Notes: generated by a model not told the origin, from the letters alone. DNA of 64,000 nucleotides from Eledone cirrhosa (GCA_964016885.1 OZ024761.1:17670001-17734000); one strand, 5' to 3'; shown: positions 12,345-25,266, numbered from the stretch's first letter. Program-made: numbers and translations.

Positions 12345-12990
12345 CTGGTCTGTGAGTTCAATTCTCAGACCGGGTGATGTGTTGTTTCCTTGAGCAAGAC
12401 ACTTTATTTCACATTGCTCCAGTTTACTCAGCTGTAGAAATGAGATGTTAGGGACTGGGGTCCCTATCATTCCACTGCAAAGTGGACGTGGAGGTGCCAC
12501 GGCAAAAAAGCACCCAGCACTCACTGTAAATGAGGTTGGTGTTAGGAAGGGCATCCAGCTGTAGAAATCAAGCCAGAACCAGTTCCCGTCCCACCCTTGC
12601 AAGCAGGGAAAAGCGGACGTGAAATGAAATGAAATGAATGAATATGTGTGAGTGTGAGTCAAGGGTTCATTTGAGGGTAACCACAGTAAGTAAAGTCCTC
12701 AATATGTTAGAGTGTCATCATCATCATCATCATCATCATCATCACCGTTTTACGTCCGTTCTTCCACGCTAGCATGGGTTAGACGGGTTGTCCTGTTGTG
12801 GGCAGTGTCTGGTCGGCTGACCATGCCTTGCTCATACAGGAACTGATCTGGCTTGATTTCTACAGCTGGATGCCCTTCCTAACACCAACCTCATTTACAG
12901 TGAGTGCTGGGTGCTTTTTCGTGGCGCCTACACGTCCACTTTACAGTGTGGGCTGGGTGCTTTTTTGCCGTGGCACCTCCACGACCACCT
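12345..12990. mobile_element. Two partial SINE-A copies in opposite orientation (12345-12640 +, 12716-12990 -)
   Basis: Sequence identity to the 11511 copy. Confidence 0.8.
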
Positions 12991-13766
12991 TGCGGTGGGG
13001 GGGGGGGGCATATTGTTTATATGCTTCAGCATGTACCCATGGGAGGTCGGGTACCCTGTATTACTGCGTGACGCCAGAAGTGTATACAACAAAATTTAAT
13101 ATAGAAGTGGCTTCTACAGGACTAGATGATTTCCTTCGAATTAAACAGTTCTAGTCTTGTAGAAGGCATTTCTATATTAAATTTTGTTATGTGTATATAT
13201 ATATATAACGCCCACCCACCCGTAATATAGTTAATATCAGCTGTCTTGGACTGTTTGTGGTGTGTGTGTATTTTGTATGTGTTTACATTTGAGCAAGAAT
13301 GAAGAGTTAATTGGGGTAAGGGAGTTAACTAGGGGATTGGAATGTGACTGACAAACTTCCACATAGAGTCGGGGTGGGCGGTGGGGTTTTTGGGAGTGTA
13401 TATAGAAGGTCGGTGTGTGTATGTGTGTGTACTGTGGTTACTTCCATACCTCATTCCCCTTTCTTTCTTTCTTTACCACCTCTATCACCACCACCAACAC
13501 CACCACCACTACCACCACCACCACCACTACCACCACCATCATCACAACCATCCCCACCACCATCATCATGACCATCCCCACCACCTTCACCTCCATCAAT
13601 AGGAGTAACATCATTTAAATAACAAATTCACCAGCATCAGAGAATCACCACCACCACCACCACCACCACCACCACCACCACCACAGTTGCCAGTAAGATG
13701 AACCAAAGTTCCATGTAAATAGAATATAACATAGACCAGCTGTATCTGTGTGTGTGTGTGTATATA

Positions 13767-13814
<48 letters not shown>

Positions 13815-13908
13815 TGTACATATATATACAGATGCAAAAGTAAATGGAAACATATACATTATATATATATAAAAATGCCAACATGTAGAAATGGATGTTA
13901 GATGATGA

Positions 13909-13946
<38 letters not shown>

Positions 13947-14025
13947 ATATGTATGGTGTATGTGTGTGTCTGTTCCTCAGTTTCTAGCTATTCTTTTCTG
14001 TCTGTCTATCTATCTATCTATCTTT

Positions 14026-14547
14026 GTCATGATCAAACCGCCACCCTCCTTCAAAAACGAAGGAGAGGCGGTTTTCCTTTGTGTGATAGCTATGGCGAAA
14101 GAGGTTGTATGGTGGACAAGGTTGAAAGGGCTGAGGTCAGACACCTTTCTCTCCGGCCAACAACTGATTCTTTTTTTCAAATACCACTTTGGAAGAAGAA
14201 TCAGGATGGTAAGAGAGGTGCTGTACCCCAGCAAGTTTTATGAAAGGTGGGTGAAAGTGGCGAGAATGGCCCGAGTGAATGGGCCTTCTCTCTATATCAG
14301 CCTGTAGGTTGAGGAAAAGGAGGAGGAGAGGAAAGGAGTACAAACTCTTCGTACTCCTGGAGATGAGGGTTGCACATTTTTTTTCGGGGGTATGTGTTAC
14401 CCATATAAACTGTCTCCCTCTATTGGGGAAAATCGACTAACTTTTAAATTCCATCTGTGATAACATTTTACACGTTTTTATTGTATGTAAACTTCCCCCT
14501 TTGCATTTGTCCCCTTCTTTTGTGCCCCTGTGGCTAATAAAGAAATA
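14026..14547 (+). mobile_element. 5'-truncated L1/Tx1-clade LINE (ORF2 C-terminus + 3'UTR)
   Basis: AMAKEVVWWTR...FYERW motif typical of Tx1/L1 ORF2 ends; AATAAA at 14536; flanking direct repeat TATCTATCTTT (14015-14025, 14548-14558). Confidence 0.7.
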
Positions 14548-14859
14548 TATCTATCTTTCTGTTTATTTGCCTACCTTTCTATGCATTCATCTATCTCTCT
14601 CTCTGTCTCTCTCTCGATATGTCTGCCTGCTGTGACCCACCCCCACCCCTCTCAGCCTTAGCATACCTGGAATTCATTGATAAACTGCCCCACACACATG
14701 CCACTAATCACGCACGCACAACCCCACAGTTGGTACAACAACAACAACATCCACAAAAACTCACTCACACATACACACACTCACTTAAACACAGACACTT
14801 ACACAAAGACACACACAAACACACAGAAACATGCATGCAATCACATGATAAAGTACCTG

Positions 14860-15330
14860 TCCAGTCAGGTCAAATCAAGCCAGTCCAGCAGTCCAGGATT
14901 GTCCAGCTCAGTCTCTCAGTCCAGGGTGGTCCAACTCAGTCCAACTCAGTCCAACCTACTCCAGCATTGTCCAGCTCAGTCCAGGATGGTCCAACTCAGT
15001 CCAACCTACTCCAGCAGGGTCCAACTCAGTCCAACCTACTCCAGCATTGTCCAACTCAGTCCAACCTACTCCAGCATTGTCCAGCTCAGTCCAACCTACT
15101 CCAGCATTGTCCAGCTCAGTCCAGGATGGTCAAACTCAGTCCAGTCCAACCTACTCCAGCATTGTCCAGCTCAGTCCAGCATGGTCCAACTCAGTCCAGC
15201 CTACTCCAGCATGGTCAAACCTAATTGAGCATTGTCCAGCCTAATCCAGCGCATTTCAGCATAGTTTAGTACAACCTAGACCAGCATTGTCCAGCCTGGG
15301 CTGTGCTAGATTAGGCTGGACTGGGCTGGA
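14860..15330. repeat. Pentamer-based satellite, 30-bp unit CCAACTCAGTCCAACCTACTCCAGCATTGT
   Basis: Direct reading. Confidence 0.85.
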
Positions 15331-15426
15331 CAAGATTAGGGTTAGGGTGTGATGATACCTCTCTTAATCCCTTTTTCACACCCATCCAGCCAATAGTCTC
15401 AATCTGAGAGGCCTTGAAATGGGTCA

Positions 15427-15672
<246 letters not shown>

Positions 15673-15757
15673 ATATATATTCTACTTATGTATTGAGTAC
15701 TTTACTTACTGTGGTTACCCCCGATTGGACCCGGGACTCACATATATAAACACACAC

Positions 15758-15807
<50 letters not shown>

Positions 15808-15808
15808 C

Positions 15809-15847
<39 letters not shown>

Positions 15848-15848
<1 letters not shown>

Positions 15849-15983
15849 ATAGGAACGAGTAGGACCCCGACGGCTGAGCTCAAGCCGTTTCGACGGCTAA
15901 TTCTGGACTAAACATTTTTAGTCCAGAATTAACCGTCGAAACGGCTTGAGCTCAGCCGTCGGGGGTCCTACTCGTTCCTATTA
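15848..15983. repeat. Near-perfect ~135-bp palindrome of a dispersed (TA)n-associated element
   Basis: TAATAGGAACGAGTAGGACCCC...GGGGTCCTACTCGTTCCTATTA; related sequence at 5350-5480, 7890-7945 and 12177-12300. Confidence 0.85.
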
Positions 15984-16202
15984 CCCACTCTACTACCCTA
16001 AGTATTGAGTACTTTGGTGCGTTATGGTCCACCTGGTTCCTTACCACATTTCCTTTGTTATATATATATGCAGAAGTTATATTTAATTTGTTGGGATTCC
16101 AACAAGCTTAAAAGTTTATAACTGATATAAAGCACTCAACAGTTTACTGGAGTAAATATTCAATATATTAATAAATGGAAACTATATTTATAAAACCATA
16201 AT

Positions 16203-16267
16203 TATTTTATTATATATATTTCAAGGGCTACCAAAGCAGTCTTGGTGCGCTTTCATCAGATAAAATA
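16203..16267 (-). ncRNA. Type I hammerhead ribozyme motif, family H1 copy a
   Basis: TATTTTAT-CTGATGA-AAGCGCACCAAG(actgc)TTTGGTAGCCCTT-GAAA-TATATATA-ATAAAATA. Confidence 0.75.
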
Positions 16268-16345
16268 CAAGATTTGTTTTATAAATATTGACATAACCGT
16301 GGAAAAACAACCTTGATGGTTGAAAGTTCGCTGGATAGTGGAAAA

Positions 16346-16391
<46 letters not shown>

Positions 16392-16523
16392 GGAGAAGTT
16401 CTATTTAAATTGTTGGGATACAACAAGCAAATATTTTTATAACTGATATAAAGCACTCAACAAATTATTGGAGTAAAAATACGATATATGAACAAATGGA
16501 AACTATATTTATAAAACCATATT

Positions 16524-16588
16524 TATTTCATTATACATATTTCAAGGACACCAAGTTAAATTATGGTGTGCTTTCATCAGATAAAATA
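16524..16588 (-). ncRNA. Type I hammerhead ribozyme motif, family H1 copy b
   Basis: TATTTTAT-CTGATGA-AAGCACACCA(taatttaact)TGGTGTCCTT-GAAA-TATGTATA-ATGAAATA. Confidence 0.75.
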
Positions 16589-16815
16589 TAATATAGATCA
16601 GTTTTATAAATAAATATTGACATACCCTTAAAGAATGCGACCATTTCTGTTGGAAGCTCCCAGATAGTGGGGTTATAAATTTATTTATACTATTAAACTA
16701 ATTTACATAATAGACTAAATAAATTTAATAACCCCACTATCCGGGAGCTTCCAACAGAAATAGTCGCATTCTTTAAGGGTATGTCAATATTTATTTATAA
16801 AACTGATCTATATTA

Positions 16816-16880
16816 TATTTTATCTGATGAAAGCACACCATAATTTAACTTGGTGTCCTTGAAATATGTATAATGAAATA
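16816..16880 (+). ncRNA. Type I hammerhead ribozyme motif, family H1 copy c (mirror of b)
   Basis: Inverted copy of 16524-16588 within the ~430-bp palindrome 16490-16915. Confidence 0.75.
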
Positions 16881-16923
16881 AATATGGTTTTATAAATATA
16901 GTTTCCATTTGTTAATATATCGT

Positions 16924-16954
<31 letters not shown>

Positions 16955-16980
16955 AATATATATATATAAATATATATATA

Positions 16981-18133
16981 TCATCATCATCATCATCATC
17001 ATTTTACGTCCGCTTTTCCCTGCTTGCAAGGGTGGGACGGGTCTTATTCAGCACAGCATCTCTCCACTCGTCACGGTCCCTCGTCATCTCCACCGTGAGC
17101 TTCAATGATCTGAGGTCTGTTCTCACCACCTCCGCCCATGTTTTTCGTGGTCTACCTCTACCACGTCTTCCTTCAACTGGCACTTCCTGGCACTTCTTCA
17201 CCCATCGGTCATCCTCCATGCGCATCACATGTCCATACCACCTCAGTCTCCTCTCCCGTACACTACATTCTATCCCTCTCAGACACAGTTTCTCTCTCAA
17301 CACATTTATGCTGGGTCGTTCACGCACATTTACACTGCACATCCAACGGAGCATGCTTGCCTCATTTCTCTCCAGCCGTCGCATATCTTCTGCGGTAGCT
17401 GCCCATGTCTCACTACCATGCAGCATCGCGCTCCTCACACAGGCATCATACAACCGGCCTTTCGTACGCAGGGAGAAACCCTTCTTCGTCAACAGAGGAA
17501 GCAGCTCCCTAAACTTCTTCCAACCCGTCCTTATTCTAGATACTATGGCCTCGGAACACCCTCCTCCCATGCTAATCTGATCTCCTAGGTACCGGAAGCT
17601 ATCCACCACTTCTATAGCGCCCTCTCGCATTTGAAAAATGTGTCTATCAGTGCGACTTCTACTGTCTAATTTCCCTGTACATCTACTGCATACATATTTC
17701 TCCCTACCTGTTAGTTTGCCTGCTATCCCGCTACATCTCTTGTGTACCCAGGACCTACATTGTGTGCATTTTATAGAATTTATGCCAGTTCCTTTTCTGC
17801 ATATCGAACATGGCCATTTCCCTGACGGAATCAGGGTTTTGTCCTCTTTTCTACTCATCAACACTTTTGTCTTAGCTAGATTTACTCTCAGTCCTCTTGC
17901 TTCCAACTGCTGTTTCCATAGCCGGAATTTATTCTCTAGCTCCTCTACTGATTCTGCCATAAGAGCCAGATCGTCAGCATAGAGAAGTTCCCATGGACAG
18001 CCAGTCTTAAACTCCTCTGTTATGGCTTGGAGGACTATAATGAACAAGAGCGGGCTGAGGACCGAACCCTGATGTACTCCTACTTGTATCTGGAATTCCT
18101 CACTAAACTCCATTCCTACCCTGACTTTACTGA
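16981..18133 (-). mobile_element. RTE-clade LINE, 5'-truncated, open RT ORF with internal PHD finger
   Basis: GVHQGSVLSPLLF, LLYADD, VDSFRYLG, LHGSETW, RRLRWYGHVMR, RGRGRPRKTW; (GAT)n tail. Confidence 0.92.
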
Positions 18134-18279
18134 GATATATATACATATATACATATATATATACATATAACAAAAAACAAAACAAGAAAGAAGCACAGCA
18201 TCTCAAGAATGTGAGAGATATGGAGAGAGGGGTAGTGAGGTGTTATCTGAGGTAGAATCTTTTTGGTATGTTCTAGGTT

Positions 18280-18458
18280 ACACCAACATCACCACCACCA
18301 CCACCATCATCATTAACACCACTGCTACTATTATCACTACAGCTACCACCAGCACCAAGATCACCACCACCACCATCACCACCATCACCATCATCATCAT
18401 CATCATCATCATCATCATTAGCACCAAGACCACCACCACCACCACCATCAGTGATATT

Positions 18459-18508
<50 letters not shown>

Positions 18509-18860
18509 TAACACCACTGCCACCAGCACCAAGACGATCAACAGCACCACCTCCATCATCACCACCATCACTCCCACCACTACCACCATCACCATCCTAC
18601 CACCACCACCACCACCACAGGAAACACTGCACATGTAGCCAGCTGTGGTTTGTAGAGAATCTTGGTCTGCAGGAAAGGGTGTGGTGTTGGTGGTGTTGGT
18701 GTTGGCGGGGGTGGGGTGGGGGGTTAGTGGGGGTGGCGGTGGCGGGGGGGTGGGGGGGGGGGTTAGTGGTGGTGGTGTTGGTGTTGGCCGGGGGGGGGGT
18801 TTAGTGGTGGTGGTGGTGGTGGTGGTGGTGGTGTTGGCGGGGGGGGGGGGGGGAGGGGGG
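18280..18860. repeat. (CAC/CAT)n trinucleotide tract followed by G-rich (GGT)n/poly-G tract
   Basis: Direct reading. Confidence 0.85.
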
Positions 18861-18955
18861 GATAGGAGTACACACCTACAAACACACATGCATTCACAGG
18901 CACACTCTCATGGATACATGCATGTGCACTCCCAATCATATGCATACCTACACTT

Positions 18956-19015
<60 letters not shown>

Positions 19016-19069
19016 TTAGAAGCTAATGAGGAAACCTTTACAAGAATGGTTGGATGGAGGATAAATGGG

Positions 19070-20277
19070 TGGTTGGATGGTGGAATGGTTATGTGGATAG
19101 ATAGGTGGCTGGATGGTTAGGTGACTGGATGGGTGGCTGGATGGTTAGGTGACTGGATGGGTGGCTGGATGGTTAGGTGGCTGGATGGTTAGGTGACTGG
19201 ATGGGTGGCTGGATGGTTAGGTGGCTGGATGGTTAGGTGACTGGATGGTTAGGTGGCTGGATGGTTAGGTGACTGGATGGGTGGCTGGATGGTTAGGTGG
19301 CTGGATGGTTAGGTGACTGGATAGGTGACTGGATGGGTGGCTGGATGGTTAGGTGACTAGATAGGTGGCTGGATGGTTAGGTGACTAGATGGGTGGCTGG
19401 ATGGTTAGGTGGCTGGATGGGTGGCTGGATGGTTAGGTGACTAGATGGGTGGCTGGATGGTTAGGTGGCTGGATGGTTAGGTGGCTGGATGGGTGGCTGG
19501 ATGGTTAGGTGGCTGGATGGGTGGCTGGATGGTTAGGTGACTAGATGGGTGGCTGGATGGTTAGGTGACTAGATGGGTGGCTGGATGGTTAGGTGGCTGG
19601 ATGGGTGGCTGGATGGTTAGGTGACTAGATGGGTGGCTGGATGGTTAGGTGGCTGGATGGGTGGCTGGATGGTTAGGTGGCTGGATGGTTAGGTGACTAG
19701 ATGAGTGGCTGGATGGATGGTTAGGTGGTTGAGTGGATGGTTAGGTGACTAGATGGGTGGGTGGATGGTTAGGTGACTAGATGAGTGGCTGGATGGATGG
19801 TTAGGTGGTTGAGTGGATGGTTAGGTGTCTAGATGGGTGACTGGTTAGATGACTGCATGGATGGTTAGGTGGTTGGGTGGATGATTAGATGACTGGATGG
19901 GTGGATGGTTAGGTGGCTGGATGGTTAGGTGACTAGATGGGTGACTGGTTAGATGACTGCATGGATGGTTAGGTGGTTGGGTGGATGATTAGATGACTGG
20001 ATGGGTGGATGGTTAGGTGACTAGATGGGTGACTGGTTAGATGACTGCATGGATGGTTAGGTGGTTGGGTGGATGATTAGATGACTGGATGGGTGGATGG
20101 TTAGGTGGCTGGATGGTTAGGTGACTAGATGGGTGACTGGTTAGATGACTGCATGGATGGTTAGGTGGTTGGGTGGATGATTAGATGACTGGATGGGTGG
20201 ATGGTTAGGTGATTAGATGGGTGGATGGTTAGGTGACTGGATGGGTGGATGGTTAGGTGACTAGATTGGTAGGTGGT
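19070..20277. repeat. Tetramer-based satellite (GGATGGTTAGGTGRCT / GGATGGGTGGCT units)
   Basis: Direct reading, ~1.2 kb. Confidence 0.9.
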
Positions 20278-21130
20278 TATATATATATATATATATTGGT
20301 AAACGGAATAGAAAATGCTGACAAATTGTTCACAGTTGAAAAATGGTTTAATTAGGAATAAAAGAGTATTAGTGATTGTATGGGTTAGTATTCAGTTGTG
20401 GTTTTAAGTTTTTAAGTTTTTACCGGTTGCGCATTTCTAAATGCTTTTCAAAAATAATTTTGAGATAGAGTGTCCGTGCCGTTTGCTCTGATCTGATTAG
20501 TTTTGGGAATTCTACCTGTTTTTATGTTAAAAAAGTGGCTCCAATTTGCAAAAATTCTTGTGGTCAAAACAATTTTGATTGGTCGGTAGAGGTCATGTGA
20601 ATAAAAAAATTGGTTTTGCGCCAAGATTGAGAAATGACTCTTTCACAACAAATATGTGTGTGTGTGGGGGGGGGGGGTAGTAGTAGTAGTAGTAGTAAGG
20701 TGTTCGATGTTGTGATAGTGGTTAGCAGCGATGTGTGTCAAATGGCTATTAAGATAAGTGTGTGTGTGTGTGTGTGTGTAGCAGAGTAATTCGTGGTGGC
20801 AGGGATGGTCAGTAAGAATGTGTCTGAAAGCAATGGGGGGTATTTTAGCATGTCAAAAGATATTTTTCAGCTTTTGTCTTATACGGAGAAGTGCGTGTGT
20901 GTGTGTGTGTGTATATATAAGTCTCTTTGTATGTTGATGTACACGTGTGTATGTGTGTGTGTATATATGTGTGTGTGTGTGGGTGGACCAGTATTTTTTT
21001 CCCCCTGGTAAAATGGTGTACATTATTCGATTTTTTTCAGTAAAATCGGTTCTCTTAATAGAACATCAAAAATCTTAACAATAAAAGGTGTGAAATGATA
21101 TTCACTATATATATATACACATACATATAT

Positions 21131-21172
<42 letters not shown>

Positions 21173-21312
21173 TACATACATATATGCACATATATTTTTT
21201 TGTGTTGCACCATAGAGCATGTGTGTTTACGTATGTCATTGTGTTTATATGTGGGTAGAGATGTGTGCTGATGTAGGTATGTATGTTGACGTGTGTATGT
21301 TGTGGGTTCGTC

Positions 21313-21462
21313 TTAGGGAGAAGTGTTTAGACGGGGTCCGTATTTGTTAATGAAGTAAGATTCCTTGCTGATGCGCTGGGTGTGGGTGGCATTATCTTTA
21401 AATTTGTAGAGGGGAAAGATTCTGAAGTTGGGATGATTTTGGGCGGCACAGGTATCAATGTA
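21313..21462 (-). mobile_element. Penelope-like element remnant, GIY-YIG endonuclease C-terminus
   Basis: IDTCAAQNHPNFRIFPLYKFKDNATHTQRISKESYFINKYGPRLN matches the PLE C-terminal pattern C...F.I.P.......R..KE.YFI.K..P.LN. Confidence 0.7.
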
Positions 21463-21915
21463 TTCAACTGAGTATACGGGAGCAACATGAAATGAAATGT
21501 TTTGCTCAAGAACACAACACACAATCCAGGCAAGGAATCGAACGCCTGACATTGTGAACATAAGTCCAACAACTTTACCACTAAGCCACACACCTAGTGT
21601 TTTGCTCAAGAACACAACATACAACCCAGTTCATCGCAGGGTTAACCACCCCACCAGCTATTGCTGGTACTCATTTTCAGCTGAATGTACTTGAGCAACA
21701 TGAAATGAAGTGTTTTGCCCAAGAACACAACGCACAACCCAGTCCATCGCAGGGTTAAACTCCCAGCTATTGCTGGTTTTCAACTGAGTATACTGGAGCA
21801 ACATGACATAAAATGTTTTGTTTAAGACCACAATACACAACCCAGTCCAGGTATCAAACCCACAACATTATGATCGTTCGTCAAAACACCCTTACCACTC
21901 GGCCACTCACCTCCA
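21463..21915 (-). mobile_element. Degenerate tandem SINE fragments
   Basis: Repeated TGTGTTGTGTTCTTGAGCAAAACA.TTCATTTCATGTTGCTCC; two decayed tRNA-like heads. Confidence 0.6.
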
Positions 21916-22417
21916 CATTAACTACACACCACTATCACTACACACCAGGACTAACCACCACCACCACCACCACCACCAACGACCACTAACCACCACCACC
22001 ACCGACCCTATTGTTTAAATTTGTTGGTAGTTCATTGGTGTTAGTACCCACTCCCTACTAACTTAATTACTTAGTTGCTTAATTACCACATATACTAATT
22101 GCCTTAGAAATATTGCAGGGACACACACACACATATGTATATATACACAGACATACACACATATATGTATATACACACGAACTCATATATGTATATATAT
22201 ACACGCATACACACATATGTATATATACACACATGTATATATACAAACAAACACAAACATACATATGTATATATATATATATACACACATACATGTATAT
22301 ATACACACATATATGTATATATACACACACATACATACATATATGTATATAATATGTATATATACACACACATGTATACCCACACACACACACACACACA
22401 TATATATGTATATATAC

Positions 22418-24410
22418 GGGTAAGGCGGCTGGGCCTTTGGAAATAGTTGCTGAGATGCTGAAGGCCTCTGGAACGGTGGGACACACCATGGTCACCCGGA
22501 TAGTAAACCAAGTCATACAGAATGGGGTTGTTCCGAAGGACTGGCGTAGCAGCATCATCATTAACTGTTACAAGGGTAAAGGAGATGCTCTTGATAGGAG
22601 TAACTATAGAGGCATTAAATTAATCGACCAGGTCATGAAGGTCACGGAAAAAGTAATAGTGCAACTAATCAGAGAGAGAATCGATCTAGATGAAATGCAG
22701 TTCGGGTTTGTGTCAGGCAAAAGTACCACAGACGCTCTTTTCATTGTACGACAACTACAGGAGAAGTACCTAGCTAAAAGTAAACCCCTATACTTAGCCT
22801 TTGTCGACTTGGAGAAAGCCTTCGACAGAGTCCCCCGTTCCATTATCTGGTGGGCTCTTAGAAAACTAGGTGTTGACGAATGGCTTGTGAGAGCTATACA
22901 AGCCATGTATAAAGAAACAGTGAGCAAGGTTAGAATTAACAACGAATATAGTGAAGAGTTTAGCGTAAAAGTTGGTGTCCATCAGGGCTCTGTTCTTAGC
23001 CCCCTACTATTTATTATTGCTCTTCAGGCTATAACAGAGGAGTTCAAGACCGGCTGCCCATGGGAACTCCTATACGCAGATGACCTAACGCTCATAACTG
23101 AATCAATGGCCGAGCTAGAGAAGAAATTCCAAACATGGAAGCACGGCCTAGAATCAAAAGGCCTTAAAATTAACCTGGCTAAGACTAAAGTTCTAGTTTG
23201 TAGGAAAGAAAATAAGGCGCTGGTCCCTTCCGGGAAATGGCCATGCTCAGTGTGTAGGAAAGGCGTAGGTAGAAACTCCATTTTATGTCCCAAATGCAAA
23301 GTATGGGTGCATAAAAGATGTAGTGGGATCACAGGTAAGCTAACTAAGAACACAGATTTTACATGTGGCCGGTGCTCTGGTGCAATAAGTAGCAGCAAGT
23401 GCCCACAAAATACTAGCTCTTTCAACTGCGCAGAGGGTTCTATAGAAATAGTGGACAGCTTCCGTTACCTGGGTGACAAAATCAGCAGTGGGGGAGGGTG
23501 CTCTGAAAGTACAGTAGCTAGAGTCAGAACTGGATGGAAAAAGTTCAGAGAGCTTATACCACTATTAGCCGCTAAAGGGTTCTCCCTAAAAATGAAAGGC
23601 AGGTTGTATGATGTCTGCATACGAACAGCAATGTTGCATGGCAGTGAGACCTGGGCATTGTGTGCAGAGGATATACGCAGACTAGAGAGGAACGAAGCTT
23701 GCATGCTCCGCTGGATGTGTAATAGTAATATACGCGAATGGCAAAGCATAAACGAACTAAGGAAAAAATTAGAAATAAGAGGGATCAGATGTTGTTTACT
23801 CGAGAGAAGGCTACGTTGGTATGGTCACGTGATGCGCATGAAAGACGACAGCTGTATAGCAAAGTGCAGGGCAATAAAGATAGATGGTAGCCACGGAGTA
23901 GGCAGACCCAGAAAAACCTGCGACAAGCTGATAAATTCCGACCTCACACACACCTCTCCAAGACAATGTCACTGGACCGAGACCTTTGGCGGTACTCAGT
24001 GATAGAGAAGACCCGCCTTACCTAAATACAAAGTAAAACCTACTACAGTCAGTAGGCATCTCTAACAAAATACACCCCCGTCCCACCACCCCCGTCCCAT
24101 CCACACCGCCCCTTTCAATGTTGGTGCCACAAAATCCAGGCCGAAACAAATGAGATCGTGTAGGTGTCACGACAAAAAACACACAGTCCACGCTGTAATG
24201 TGACCGTGTAGGCAACACGGTAAAAACCTCCCAGCCCCACACTGTAAATGTGGTTGGTGTTAGGAAGGGCATCCAACTGTAGAAAACCCGCCAGACAGTC
24301 CTATGCGAGCAAGACAACCACTCTTGCCTCAAGTCGGAAAACTCCCATCCAAACCCATGCAAGCGTGGAACATGGACGTTAAACGATGATGATGATGATG
24401 ATGATGATGA
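22418..24410 (+). mobile_element. RTE-clade LINE, 5'-truncated, near-intact RT with internal PHD finger
   Basis: YKGKGD...SNYRGIKL, QFGF, FVDLEKAFDRVPR, GVHQGSVLSP, YADD, FRYLG, RRLRWYGHVMR; frameshift near the 3' end; (GAT)n tail. Confidence 0.93.
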
Positions 24411-24869
24411 TACATACACACATATATATATATACACACACACATGTATACACACACAGATATGTATATATACACACATACACACATATATGTGTATATA
24501 CACACACATACACACATATATGTGTATATACACACACACATATTCATGCATATATCATCAACATCATCATTTAACATCCACTTTTCCTGCTGGCAATGGT
24601 TGGATGGATGTTCAAAGACTGAATCAGTACTGGGGCGGGGTCACTGACCTCCCAAATAGGCTGGGTGAGGGGGAGGGAGGGTCCATCTCAGTTACATACA
24701 GTTCTGCATTCTATGAAGTGCATTTTATTGTGGCACCAGCACTAGAGAAGTTGTCATGACTTTGACACAACTGGAAGGTCTTCCCAACTATTTGTGTGTC
24801 AACCTTTCTACAGCTGGATGCCTCCTTGTCACCAACCACTTTACAGCATGTATTCAGTGCTTTTATCAC

Positions 24870-25250
24870 ACCAAGAAACTCACTCAGATGGTGGATGGGT
24901 GCTACACGAGAATGCTGAGGATGGCTCTGAACATTAATCAGTATACAGTGAGGATGAAGAACTCAGAGCTGTACGGGAGCCTCCCAAGATTCAGCTCGGG
25001 AGTAGCACAGAGGAGACTGAGGTTAACTGGACATCCTCACCGACATCCAGAGTTGACACTGCACTCAGTACTCCTGTGGGAGTCCCTGCATGGACACACT
25101 GGAAGAGGAAGTCCAAGGTTAACATATGTTGATGCCCTAAGGACAGACACTGGTCTGTTGGAGACGCAGGACATGGCAGCGGTAATGAGGGACAGAGACC
25201 GCTGGAGAAAACTCATCCATGGATCTCGGGGATTTTACCCACCCTAGACA
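24870..25250 (+). mobile_element. RTE-like LINE 3' fragment of another subfamily
   Basis: DGCYTRMLRMALNI...RRLRLTGH..RH...LLW....G...RG.PRLTYVD.L..DTG...DRDRWR. Confidence 0.75.
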
Positions 25251-25266
25251 GAGACACATGCATGTA

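Noticed and set aside
14619-15244. Gln/Ser-rich 201-aa ORF
   Set aside because: Product of a 30-bp satellite open in multiple frames.
19070-20277. Telomeric repeat (contains TTAGG)
   Set aside because: TTAGG is embedded in 12-16-bp GGAT/GGTG units, not a tandem TTAGGG or TTAGG array.
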